This document shows, piece after piece, positions 24,579 to 37,606 of a DNA stretch of 55,817 nucleotides. Position numbers and translations under genes: made by a program. Numbering within the stretch: position 1 is the first letter of the stretch; each line of letters starts with the position of its first letter. The notes under the pieces were generated by a model. That model saw only the letters and a program-made list of their open reading frames with translations. It was not told the DNA's origin and searched no databases. This DNA comes from Leucoraja erinacea (taxonomy: Eukaryota), in assembly GCF_028641065.1 (NCBI RefSeq), contig NC_073411.1, positions 7,192,001 to 7,247,817 on the forward strand, in the 5' to 3' direction.

Positions 24579-26908
24579 TCATTTCCCAATAGCTCGATCT
24601 ACTGCACATTCGACAGACACGTCATTCGTCAAATGGACTTGAAACGAACACGTGTGAACATCGAAAGCTAACACACATTCATCCGGGATACCAACTGGCA
24701 TGAAATACCTGGGGAACAGATCAGGGAACCCAATGATGAACAATTCTGCATTGGGAGGCGGGTTCGATCCTGACCTCGGCTCCTCACTGTGTAGAGTTTT
24801 TTTACGTTCTCCCTGTGACTGCTTGAGTTATTTTTTTTTATGGATGCTCAAATTCCCTCCTATGTCCCAGAGACTTGCGGGTCGGGAGGTGAACTGACGC
24901 TGTTACTCGTCCCGAGCGTGCAGGTGGAGAATAATAGGGGTCCTGCGCAAAGATCCAACCATAATGCGGGGAGGATAATGGAGGATTAATACATGGTCGG
25001 AGCTAACGGGGAGTTATGGTCTCTCTCTCATAGAAACATAGAAAATAGGTGCAGGAGTAGGCCATTCGCCACTTCGAGCCCACACCGCCATTCAATATGA
25101 TCGTGGCTGATCATCCAACTCCGTATCCTGTACCTGTCTTCTCTCCATACCCCCTGATCCCTTTAGCCACAAGGGCCACATCTAACTCCCTCTTAAATAT
25201 AGCCAATGAACTGGCCTCAACTACCTTCTGTAGCAGAGAATTCCACAGATTCACCGCTCTCTGTGTGAAAAATGTTTTTCTCATCTCGGTCCTAAAATAT
25301 TTCTCCCTTCTCCTTAAACTGTGACCCCCTTGTTCTGTACTTCCCCAACATCGGGAACAATCTTCCTGCATCTAGCCTGTCCAACCCCTCCCCTTGCAGA
25401 ATATTCCTAACCTCGGAGCATTTGTTTTTTCATGGACACGGCACTGAAGCGACTTTGAGGCCAGGTGGAACCCCTGGACTTTTTGAGTCGGTCGCAGTCA
25501 ATGAACCCGGACTGGGAGCGGCTGGAGATGCGGCCACTCGAACGACGGGTCCCAACCTGAGAACACGCTTGGCCAGTTCACCCGTCGGGGTCAGATCATG
25601 TGAGCTAAACGGCGGGCGATGACTTACCGTTCGCAGCATTCATAGCCTTCGCTCGCACACATGCACTCCAAGCAGTTGCTGTTCATCCAACCTTCTCCGA
25701 ATTCATGAGTCGTTCCGTCGTTTGTGTCAACGCACGTGCCCGTAACTGTTGGTGACAAAGACAGTGGTCAGTGTCCCGTCGGGGAGTGGAGAGACCCGAT
25801 GGAGTGGCGGGGCAGTGGCGTTGACTCAATACAAAAACATCCTGGAAATGAGCCATTCAGACCACTGGGAAGAGCCAGGGTCCGTCCGCGTGTGTACTGA
25901 CCCGGACCTGGCACTTGGCTGCACGGTAGACACAAAATGCTGGAGTAGATCAGCGGGTCCGCGGATCAGGTCGGAAAAAGCTGTCTGGACCGGCAATGTC
26001 AGTCCCGAAATGCTTCGTGGACGACTGAGTTACTCCAGCTTTTTGTGTCTGTCTGAGTTTCACCGTTGCCGCTGGTTAAACTGTGATCCCCTGACCCACT
26101 GTGATTCCCAATACTCATCCAGGCTGTGGATGCCGGGACCTGTCACTGGTTTGGCAGGGACTCCTGGGGCACTTTCACCATTTTCAGGTAAAACCCGTCT
26201 CCCGGCCAATGAGGAGCTGGCGAGTTGTCGCCATTGTAGAGACGCGTGGCTTCCATTTGCTGCCCCGGGCGATCCCACACAGCCCAGTGATTGGCCTTTG
26301 ATGGCCAGTTCTATCAAGAGCAGTTGAGGGACAAATATCGGTCAGGTTTCAGGGCCAGCTGCACTTAATTCTGAGGAGATCCCTCAATCCACCCGTGGAC
26401 AATGTTTAGTGTCTCAGCTGAATTCCAGAAGAGGAGCGCTCCTTAAACTGGGGTTTGGTCGGGGCAATCAATCTTGCACTACCCTCAGAACTCCAACCCG
26501 ACCCGCGGAACGGCGGGGACCAAGGGTGGACGAGCTTTAGCGTCACGCCCCCGCGTTTGTGCTCTGCATTTCTCAAAGAAGTCAGTGGGGGGCGGTGATG
26601 GCCGACAGCAGTTTGCTGGCCGCAGTGGAAGCAGCGAGATGAGTCGGATGCATGCCAGGTATTAGTTTCTTCGCAAGAGAGAACGAGACAGACAGCGTCA
26701 GTGACAGAGATATATTGTTAGAGCGACATAGTAGTCAAGTTAATAACACTGGGCCACATGTCCCTGGGGCTGCACATGTAATTTCCCTGCACGGTCACCC
26801 TCGGCCAGGTGACTGTGCAGCGACTCAAAGCTGCGCTGTTGTCTTTCATTGATAAGAGCAAAGCAACACCAGTCAGATGCACCAAAGCTTCGCACCCGTA
26901 CATACCAT
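24579..26908 (-). CDS. MSMB: MSMB-like copy 5; exons 1, 3 and 4 intact, exon 2 garbled (pseudogene or sequencing error)
   Basis: Exon 4 24708-24579 (YFMPVGIPDECVLAFDVHTCSFQVHLTNDVSVECAVDRAIGK*), exon 3 25745-25628 (TGTCVDTNDGTTHEFGEGWMNSNCLECMCASEGYECCER) and exon 1 ATG 26908-26906 with gtatgt donor. The exon 2 homologue at ~26590-26668 is recognisable but full of indels. AATAAA at 24486-24481. Confidence 0.7.
25030..25390 (-). mobile_element. CR1 LINE 3' end in copy 5 intron 3
   Basis: ORF 25111-25371 FRTEMRKTFFTQRAVNLWNS and a (catagaaa)n tail. Confidence 0.85.
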
Positions 26909-29900
26909 TAATCACCTAACCAGACCCGCCTCTCCCCGTGTCTACGCGCGGACGCCTAGGTGTGCGCCATGGGTACAGACCAGAGCCCCCGCAGACCTAT
27001 CGATCTCCGTTCTCCACTCTCCTAGAATCTTTGCTCCAATCTAGGCTTATCCAATGGCAGCTGGTCGTCCTATATATTCAAATAAAACTAGTGGCAGGAG
27101 TAACCGCTAGTTCCAAACCTTTCACTTCACTAAGGCCTCCACAAGCCCAGCCATATTATCCCTAACACCAGAATTAATTCATAAAGCACCGAAACAGAGC
27201 ATGTCCTCAAAAAAGGGTGCTGTCCTATGCATGCTACGTTCCACAAGCGAAAGGTTTTAACCAAAACCCCGTCTAACCCTAACCTACCATTGGACCCGCA
27301 ACCTTCCCTATCAATTGTTCGGAACACCCGTCCATGCTCAACATCTATAATGCCGGATGCTACATCCATTAGACGCTTCCCTTCTCACCCAACTCGTCCC
27401 CACTATCAAACTCGACCCTTTGGCTCTCTACAATCACTCCAGTGTCCGCAATCAATATCGTTCCACACCACAGGAATCCACGTCCAATCTGATCAGGTCC
27501 TCAGAGGTACCAACATCTGTTTCTCCCAACTTTCCCACACTACAATCAGTCCCAACACACCAGGGTTGCATGATCATCAATCACGTGCACAATTGCTTTA
27601 TTCCCCTCTGTCATTGCACTCACCCCAATCACAGTTACGGACTCCCACAGTAACGTCGGAACACGTTTCAACCTTCCACATCTCCCATCCCAACTGTCTA
27701 CCTCGATGAAACCTTATCAAATCTGGTTCTTGAATCCAAAAACTAGGTGCACCTCGTGCGATGGGACAGGCAAGGGCCCAAACACACTAACAAGTGAGGG
27801 GTTGCAGCACAACGGAGGTTGGCCTGCGGGTCACGGCTGGAAGCCCATGCAGGGCAAGTCTCCATACAGCCGACTGCCTTCACAAGACTCAAGCGGTACG
27901 TCCATCGAACTCCGTCCGTTCTCCTTGAAACCTCGGTCGCAGTGCCCATGGCACCAGAAGGTGATGTAGCCCTCGCTGGGCGATGACTGGTCTCCTGTGA
28001 TACAAGAACTAACCATAATTTGTCCGAGCCGCCCTGCAGGTTTTTAGTCTTCCACCAGACTCAATATATTGGAGTGTCGGCTGTTTTCAAATGCGACCTT
28101 TTCAGCACCCGCCAGGTTGCCCCTTGATACATGCTGGATATATTTATGATAACACCAAGCGTTGTCCTCAACCGTCATGGCGCCAGAAGACGTGCATCCA
28201 GGATCAGTCCGGTCGTACAGACTGATGATGGTCTCTTGCTCCTTCCCAGGATCTGTACCTCGGCTCATTTCAATCGTGAGTTGAATTCCTGTTTGTGATA
28301 CGACTCCTGGCAACCCCCTGGTGACAACTCCACGTCCCCGAGAAGGACAGTGTGATCTCGGTCTTTGTCTGCCCAACAACAAGGGCATAGGCGTTGACAC
28401 ATTTCACGGACGACTCATCACTCGGAGAGACCCAGGTAACCCTACCTGCAGGGTGCCGTGTGTGCGCGCACGCTGATAAGTGTGAAGTTCAAGTCAGAGG
28501 TCTCCTGTATTAGCTCCCGGGACGGATCGCGACCCGGTTGCAACTCACGCCAGTGGTTTGGAATGTTAGCAAGCCAGGGTTCGGGATTTAGATAGACGGA
28601 GCCAACCCACGATCCCCCTGCCACCAGACCCAGCAAGGGAATCCACTCAAGCTCACACGGCCCCACCACACCCAGACCCGACTCCAAGAGCAAGCCATGG
28701 TAACAACCGCCACACTATTGTGCCAACAAGTCGCTAGCAGCACGGCCGTATGGTTACCATACGACGAACGCCTCATCAACCTGGATGAAAATTGTATGAC
28801 ACTAACTGCAAGGGTCGTTGCGTGTGACGCGCACAAAGCGCCAACAACGCCATCAAACAGGTGAAAAGTACTACATCCATCCGCCGTTCACTCCAGGGAA
28901 CACCGGCCGCCCGACCGGTTGAACCTGCCACATGTGGGTTGAATTACTCCCGCCCCCAGGGCATAAGCATGAAAGATCGACCGCGAGCGCTAAACGGTTG
29001 GCAGCGTAAACTAGACCTGTCGCACTCTGCATCCAAAATGATCCCTAGCCAATCCCCCACGACTAAGCACTGTATGTGCCCCCAAGATTGACATCGACAC
29101 CTTTAAGTCAAGACGGGAAATCCTTATCTATACTCCCATACCTTTCCAGCCAGCCTCTCTGAGCCTAATGTCTATACAGCAGCCCCTCATGGGTGTTGCC
29201 CCCCAAAGCCGAACATTAATAAAGCCTTCTCATGGCCCACCAGAGGCCCACCTTCCAAATCCTCTCATAAATCGGCCGACCTTGGGGCTGCTGTACTACC
29301 CCGCGTGTCGTATGGCATAATGGGCTGGAATCTGGCGGACGGGCTAGCCTATTTGCGGTTTAGCTATTCCTCTACTTTTGGCACAGGCATCCCCTTTCCC
29401 CATTTATTTATTTTCCCCCCCTACATATCTTCCATCGCTCTGTCTATCCGATTCCATGCATTCAAGATTGAAAATTAGTTAATCGTATCTATTTATTTCC
29501 CAAGCCTTATATTTATTTATCCAGCCGATTATTTATTTTTTATTTATTGTTTGTTTGTGTTTTATTTACTTATAACCATGTAAAGCCTTTGGCCAGACGA
29601 GAGATGAGTTGTATTGTTTTAAATTGCTATTATAAAGAAATGGAGGGGGGGCAGGGTACACTTACCTAGACTTGACTAACTTGGGCAGAATACAGGCGTT
29701 GAAGGGCATCCTGAGAAAGCTATCGCTTTATTCTCATTTTATATGCCGGGTGAGAGATGTATCGCATCTGGCGATTGGGTTAGGATTAGATCGTGCTATT
29801 GATTATGGACTGAAGTCCTGACCCCGGGCTCTCTACATCTCTGTACTATGTTACCCCATTCAGGCAAAAAATATTCGGCATTCATCTAGTTATGGGTGTT

Positions 29901-31233
29901 GATTTATTGAGTCTATAGGATTTAGCGGCGGGAGGAGGGGAGGTAGGGGAAAACCGTTGGAAGAGATTACCTTGGACCTGTGTTTGGACCTCGCAGCAGG
30001 CATTAAACCTATTCCCACGTCACGCCAGGCTCACATGGTTGAGTTAGGTGAGGGACCGCCTCTCTGGAGAATGGAGGGCAGGGGACATTACTGAAGGTTG
30101 TTGGGAGAGTCCTACTGACCGCACCTCCCCACCGCTCTTGCCGGGGGGGTTCCGCCGCTTTGCTGTAGTAGCCTTCCATAGTCAGAAGGTGAGCCTGAGC
30201 TGATTCAACGATGCTAGCTGAATCCCGTGCATAGGCAAGGAGTCCGTCCCACGGGAGCATTACCTCCATTGTACGTAAAATCCCCCCATACATCTGAGAG
30301 CGTCGAGTCGGGGAATGATTTTTGGGTCGGTTGCAACAGTTGGTTTTTTTTGAAACGAGGGGCAACTGCATGGACAGGGAGGGATCTCCATTCTGTGAAA
30401 TCTTGTATGTACGCGTGAAACACTGAGAAAACCTCGCGAGCGGTGTCCGGTAAAGACCTTAGATCCCTCCACACAGACGGTACCGTGATGCACCGAACAG
30501 GTTAACAGCACAGAGGTGCGGCGAGTAACTAGACGGCGTTGGCAGGGACAGATGTCTCGTGTAAGCTGACCGGAGGTGGAAACATGATGGATGGAACTTG
30601 TGCTGGTTTTGGACGCTATCGGGCGAAAGTTAATCTCATTTCTCCTGAGGTAGCTCAGGCCGGGCACCACCGCCGGCTTAAACGTTTGTGTGCGATAATT
30701 TCACAGCTGTCGCTCGAAGCCTTGTGGCTCAACATAGGCTGCTGAGCCGAACGCCCAGAGGAGTCAGCTCCAGCCCCCTTAACAAAATCCTTTATAAAAT
30801 CCCACACCCAACCCAGCAACTTAGACCAAGTCCCGCCCATTCCTTCCGTCAGGTTTTCTCAACTGCAACCCCCACTGGGCCCCTGCACCCGCAAATTCCC
30901 CCCCAGTCTGTAGACCCCTTGTATTGCGAACCTGAGGTCCCCCCCCCCGGCCCCCCCGGTGGCAGGTAAACGGCAATCCCCCACAGACCCCCCCCCTGAT
31001 GTCAGCATTGCCCAATCAGAGAAGAGCAGCGACCATACCCCCAATGTGGCCCCCCCATGGACAGGGGTCCCCCAGCCTTACAACCCGGGGGTTGAGATGA
31101 TATCCCCCCAGTCCCCGCTATTGTGACTGAAAGGTTTCGCCCCCCTGAAGATATATACATCCCGCCGGTTGTGTCGTGAATTCCTTACAGCATCTGTTCC
31201 TACTTACCGTCCTTCATTCAATCCCCCCCCAAT

Positions 31234-31290
<57 letters not shown>

Positions 31291-31527
31291 AGCCCCCCCC
31301 CCCAACACCCAAACCACCCCCACCCCACCAAAAACCCCCACCAGGTTCCCGTGACAGTACCAGGGTTGCATGGCGTTCCCTCCCCCAGAAAGAAACCGAT
31401 AATCATGATGATGTGCTGGTTGTGGGCGCTATTGGGATGAAAGTTATCGCAGTTCTGAGTAGATAGAACACATGCCGCGAAACGGTTTGTGTGCCCCCCC
31501 CCCCCAGCTGTTACTCGGCCTTCAGTC

Positions 31528-31577
<50 letters not shown>

Positions 31578-32457
31578 CCACCCCCCCCCCACCACCCACC
31601 ACCAAGGTGCCTGTTGACAGGTACATGTTGCAGCGTTAGTTTGCTCATCGACCTCGGTCTCTAAGTCCCGTTATAATTAGAGTCATGGAGTGATATTGTG
31701 TGGAAACAGGCCATTCGGCCCAACTTGCCCACACCGGCCAACATGTCCCAGCTACTCTTGTCCCACGTGCCCGCGTTTGGTCCATATCCCTCCAAAATTG
31801 TCTGCTGTGCCTGCATGTTTATCTTAGGATGAGTTGAGTGAGCGGCCGAAACAATGGCAAGTGCAGCTTAATGTGGGAATTGTGATCTTAATTATGTTTC
31901 GGTCAGGTGCATGCGATGGCAGACAATCATTTAATTAAAATCATAGACAGATGAGCAAAGTGAGTGGGATCCCTGTGTCCATAAATGGGCAAACGTTGAT
32001 ACAACAAGTGATTTAGAAGATAAACGGCAGGTTGGCAGATTATCCAAGGAAGTTGGAGTTTAGAAATGGAGAGGTATAGGAACTATCGCACATGATATCT
32101 GGAATAGTGTACAGAGTTTTGGCTGCATTATTCAAGGACGAATATCATGACTTTGGACGAGAGGTCTCTCCAGAAGAGATTCATTGGGCTGATTCCACGG
32201 ATGAGGGGGCTGCTCCATTACGAGCAGCTAAAGGTATCTCTAGGGTCGTGAGGGGAATCTAATATCTTTAGTGGACACTAGACCAGGTGCGGACCAATTG
32301 GGCCAGTCCCGCAAGGCAATATTCCAACACCGACCCATGGCCCCGAAACGGGTTCCCGTTGTGACGCCAGAGATCCCCGCTGTGAAGCGAGTCACGGCAC
32401 CCCCCCCCCCACCCCAATTACTGCGACGTCTTTACATTTCAAAATGGCAATAACATG

Positions 32458-32662
32458 TAATAATAATAATAATAATAATAATCTTTATTTATATAGCACT
32501 TTTCGACAAAACCCGTATTTGAACCAAAGTGATTTACAGAGTTTGATTAAATTAACAGAACAGACCAAATGTCAATAAAATCAATACAAAACAAAAAAAG
32601 AGAAAAAAAAAGAAAAAAAGACACAAAACAGTACACTAAGAAATCAACATGAAACGTCGAAC

Positions 32663-32717
<55 letters not shown>

Positions 32718-33020
32718 ACAGCAGAATTCACTGTGAGGGAAGGCACTAAAAATATCAAGTTCTCCCCCTCATAGTCCACCCGAGGTCGGGGTCTATGTGT
32801 GGCCTCCTCAGCCAACTCGATGTTTTCAGGCCCTCTGCCGCGAAGCTGGATCATCGGCGTCGGGTGAACATTCTTCAGCGGCCTGGACTGAAGCGGCCGC
32901 TTCCTCCCTGAAGACTGCAATGTCCAAAGTTATCAGGCCGCGCTGGCCGGACCTCTGACACTGGCGAACTCGGACACCAGGCCCCGCGGTGTTGAAATCC
33001 TGGGCCGCCCGATATAAGAC
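32458..33020 (-). mobile_element. Non-autonomous GC-rich retroposon with 3' stem-loop and (TTA)n tail
   Basis: The minus strand has gtgccttccctcacagtgaattctgctgtg, related to the 42920-42965 hairpin, and ends in an (att)n tail at 32458-32480. Confidence 0.45.
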
Positions 33021-33719
33021 CAACCTGAAAGTCCCTTCAGTCCCCTCTTCCGCTCTTCCATCATCCTCCTTCTCCCCCCCCTCCACCAACCCTCCTCTGC
33101 TGCCTCCTCTCACACCCTCCCCTCCTCCATTACCTCGTCATCCCTCTTCCTACCGCTACCCTCTCCCATTCCCCAGCACTACCCTCACCCCCTCCTCTTC
33201 TCCACCCTCCCTCTTCTTTCCCCACCCCCCCCCCCTTCCCCTTCCCTCCCCCCTTTCCTCCCCCATTCCCTCCCTCTCTGTTCCCCTACCCTCAGTCACT
33301 AGAAGAGGGGAGGGGCAGAACAAAGCGCAGCTTGTAGCAGCAGCAATTACAGATGGGAGGGTGAGAGATGAGAGGTGTTCGCACAATAGCATTAAAGACA
33401 TTTGGACGGGTCCGGGGATAGGAAAAGTGTCGATGGACTTGGGCTGAACACTTGCATGTGGGATATGGTATTTTTTTTAGGCATGGAAAGTTTCGTTGCT
33501 TGATGATTTTAAGGATGATACGCTGGTTGCGGAGACCAGTGAAGTGGAAGGTTGGACCAGCGGATCTCCGCCTCCTTTCTGAATGGATAGGACACAGGCA
33601 GCGTAAGCGAAGGTTGGAAAGCAGATTCTCGAGGGCGGGGAATGAAGCCTCCAGGCGGTGGCAGCGGGACAGAGGCTGTCCGCTCATTCACTAGGGCCAA
33701 GTGGTCTGGGTCGGAGATC

Positions 33720-36700
33720 ATGGTACGTACGGCTCAACTTTGTGCACCTGACTGTTGCTTGGTTTTGAATAAACAACTCAGTTGAGTCGCTGCACAGCCG
33801 CCTTCCGAGGTGACAGTGACGGGGACATGTTGCAGTGTTAGTTACTTGACCACGTCGCCTGTCAAGGTCTCTCTCTCTTTCCCTTTCTCTCCGCAGAAAC
33901 TCCTACTGTGCATCGCGCTGCTGCTTCCCGGGCCTCAGCTGTCGGAATCCGCCTGCTTCTTTCAGCCCCAGGCCACAGACGGTAATCTATCGATGTGAAT
34001 CTCTCTCCCGAATTCAACAGTGAGACTCGGCCGATAGCAGAGACTGTGCAGGGACATTACACCCATGGATGGCGCTACGCTAAGGCTGGTCACCCTTGGC
34101 TCCCCGCCTGCTCCTCGGTCGGGCAAGAGCCTGAGGGTGGTGGAGGTTGATGCCCCGACCAACCCCCAGCTTAAAGCGCGCTCCTCTGCCGCACTTCAGC
34201 TGAAGCACTAAACCTTCTCCACGGTTGGAGTGAAGGGTCTCCTCAGAATGAAGTGCAGCTGCCCCTGTACACTGACCAATATTTGACCCCCAACTCTTGT
34301 TGATAGAACTGGTCATCAGAGGCTAATCACTGGGCTGTGTGGGATCATTCCGGGCAATCAATGGAATACACGCTCCCTACAACAATGGCGACACCTCCTT
34401 GGCCGCGAGACGGATTTTGCCTGGTTCATCCCAAACCATTGACTGGTCCCGGCACACACAGCCTGGATGGATATTGGAGATCCCAGTGGGCCAGGGTTCA
34501 CACTGGAACCAGGGGCGTCGGTGAATCCCTCGTGATAGACACAAAATGCTGGTGTAACTCAGCGGCTCAGGCATCATCTCTGCAGAAATGGTTCGGGTCG
34601 AGACCCTTCTTCAGACCTGATTCGCTGACCCGCAGAGTCACTTCACCATTTTGTGTCAATCTTCAGTTTAACTGGTATCTGCAGTTTCTCCCGACACCAT
34701 TATGGAGCGAGCAACTTGAATGAGCTGCCCCTTGATTCATGGCTCCGCTCCAGACCCACCATCCTCATCTTTGTGCACCCAGCGCGGAGTGAGGTGGGTA
34801 GATTAGCGGAGGACCTGGTTGGTTTGCCACTGGGCTTGGCCACGGCTCACGGCACCAGGCAGACGAGGACTGCCTGGGAGGCGTTCCAGATATGATGGGC
34901 GCCTCGAGGGACTGTCTGTCTCCTGGTTGAGGATTGTAACATAGTAATTTAATAGTAGGTTGTGATCTATTGATAGTGATGTTATGGCGGTGGGTGTTTT
35001 GATAAAATTCCATGCGCAAATACTTCTGTAAATAGCTGAACACGTGTCTTTTAATTTAAAAATAGATGTAGTGAGCGCTGGGTGTTGGGTCGGGCGCTGT
35101 TGTCGGAACCCGATTGAAACGGGGCCGTGCAGCAAGTGCCAGGTCCGGGTCAGTACACACGTGGACAGACGCAGGCTCTTCCCAGTGGTCAAAATGGCTC
35201 ATATCCAGGGTGCGTTGGTACTGGTTCGACACCACAGCCCCGCCACCCCCTCGGGTCACTCCACTCCCTGACGGGATAATGCCCACTCGCTGTCTTTGTC
35301 ACCAACAGGTAGGGACACGTGCTTTGACCTAAACGACGGAACGTATCATCAATACGGAGAAGGTTGGTTTAGCTCCAACTGCTGGGAGTGCGTGTGTGCG
35401 CGCGGGGGCTATAAATGCTGCGAGCGGTAAGTGATCATCCGCCCTTTAGCTCACAGGATTTGACCCCGACGGCTGAACTGGCGTCGCAGGCTCAAGGGGG
35501 TATCGCCGATGCCGTGGGGTGAACGGTGTGACTGGCAATGGGTTGGGAATTGACGGCAACAGTAGACGGAACGGCCCGGTCATCGGCTTTCCCCATCTCT
35601 GTACCAAACCCGATAGACGGGGAACCCTCGCCCGGGATATGGTTCTGTGTGGGGATCGGCGGGGAAGGCTTGGCGGAGGGAGGGAGGGGAGGGGGAGAAG
35701 GAGGGAAGGGGTTGCATGAAGGACTTCAAAGTGCAGCCGAAGCAAACCACAGGATCACACAGCACTGGCACGGGGCCCTCATTGCACTGGGTCACGTCGC
35801 ATCTTCGGAGAACGTGGATAAGTGACTTCTCAGCTCGGTGCTGGGACCGCAGCTATTTACAATATACATTGATGATTTAGGTGAGGGGATTGGTGGAAAC
35901 ATTGTCAAATATGCGGATGACACAAAGCTGGGTGGCAGTGTGAATTGTGACGAGGATGCTCTGAGGATGCAGGGTGACTTGCAGGTTGGGTGAGTGGGCA
36001 GATGCATGGCAGATGCAGTTTAAAGTGGATACATGAGCATACACTTTGCTGGCAAAAAAACGGGAAGGCAAATTATTATCTGAATGGTGTCATGTTAGCA
36101 AAAGGTGCAGTACAACGAGATCTGGGTGTCCTTGTTCATCAGTTCACCAGTCACTGAAGGTCTTCTTCTTCGAGACCGTTGCAATCTCAGATGTCGTTCT
36201 GTCAGTATCTGGCGCAGGTCACAGCTAGTCGGGTCGGTTCAGCCAGGTCCTGGGGGCTGCACTGGGGGGCGTCGTTACACTCCAGTAGGTGGGACATTGT
36301 CTGTACTGCTCCTGCACTGAAGGTAAGCATGCAGGTACCGCAGGCAGTGAAGAAAGCTAATGGGCTTCATAACAAGAGGAGTTGATTACAGGAGCAAAGA
36401 AGTCCTTCAACAGTTGTACAGGACCTTGGTGAGACAATATCGTATGCAGTTTTGGTCTCCAAGTCTGAGGAAGAACATTCTTGCCATTGAGGGAGTGCAG
36501 CGTAGGATTAATTCCCGGGATGGCCGGACTGTCATATATTGAAAAAATGGAGCGACTGGACTTGTAATGAAAAATGGAAGATTATTAAGAGATTGGACAC
36601 TCCAGAGGCATGTTCCCGATATTCTGGGAGTCCAGAACCAGGGGCCACGGTTTAAGATTATGGGGTAGACAATGTAGAACGGAGATGGGGAACAACCTTT

Positions 36701-37606
36701 TCGCCCAGAGAGTTGTGAATTTGTGGAATTCTCTGCCTCAGATGGCAGTGGAGGCCAATTCACTGGATGCTTTCAAGAGTGTTAGATGGAGCTCTTAACG
36801 ATAGTGGAATCAATGGATATGGGGTGAAGGCAGGAACCGGGTACTGATTGTGAATGATCAGCCATGATTACAATGAATGGCGATGATGGCTCGAGGGGCA
36901 GGATGGCCTACTCCTGCATCTATTGTCTGTTGTCTATTGTGTATTGTCCGAGTGACCGCATCTCCGGCCGCTCCCAGGCTGTGTCCACTGACTGCGATCG
37001 CCTCGAACACTCCAGAGGTGCAACCTGGCCCGCTCAGTTGCGTCAGTACTTTGTGTCCTTATGTTTTGAATTCTTCAGTCGCCTGAACTCTGGGGACAAA
37101 CTGCATTGGCAAATTCATCACCAATGTGCAGTCCTGGCACATGGTTGTAGCGGGGTAACAATTGCTAACCTCCACGCGAGTTTAGGATTAGTCTACAAGG
37201 AGAGCGAGAGAGAGTGAGAGGGGGGGGGGGGATTCACCGCGCTATCTCAGACCATGCATTATTCCTGCATTGCCGTTGGACTTAGTTCCTCCCGATCCGC
37301 AAGTCTCTAGGATGTGGGAGAAAAGTTCAGCATCCACGAAAATAACCCAGGCAGTCATAGGGAGAACGGACAAACTCCACACAGACAGAAGCGGAGGTCA
37401 GGGTCGAACCCACGTCCCTGGGGCTGAGACACATGTACCGAATTGTTCATCATTGCTTCCCTGATCTATTCCCCAGGTATTTTATGCCATTTGGTGTCCC
37501 GGAAGAGTGTGTGATAACTTTCGATATTCACACTTGTTCGTTTCATGTCAAGATGAAGAATGACCGGTCTGTCGATTGTGATATAGGTGGAGCTATTGGG
37601 AAATGA
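33720..37606 (+). CDS. MSMB: MSMB-like copy 6, 111 aa, 4 exons
   Basis: Exons 33720-33722, 33897-33981, 35309-35426, 37477-37606. MKLLLCIALLLPGPQLSESA-CFFQPQATDGRDTCFDLNDGTYHQYGEGWFSSNCWECVCARGGYKCCERYFMPFGVPEECVITFDIHTCSFHVKMKNDRSVDCDIGGAIGK*. AATAAA at 37706-37711. Confidence 0.9.
35815..36945 (+). mobile_element. Degenerate CR1 LINE 3' half in copy 6 intron 3
   Basis: tatgcggatgac (YADD) at ~35910, QFWSPSLRKNILAIEGVQRR, and the family 3' UTR. Confidence 0.85.
36162..36314 (-). mobile_element. Short 5'-truncated retroposon (RTE-like (GAA)n tail) nested in CR1, with 10-bp TSD
   Basis: Direct repeat cactgaaggt at 36152-36161 and 36315-36324, with (ctt)3 at the left end. Confidence 0.6.

Noticed and set aside
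27700-31100. Possible DIRS- or LTR-type retroelement coding remnants
   Set aside because: I could not recognise any diagnostic motif; the sequence is too degraded to classify.
31169-31595. Poly-Pro/poly-Gly ORFs (also near 16068, 32636, 32989, 45148 and 55003)
   Set aside because: They arise from poly-C/G and pyrimidine tracts; there is no coding evidence.
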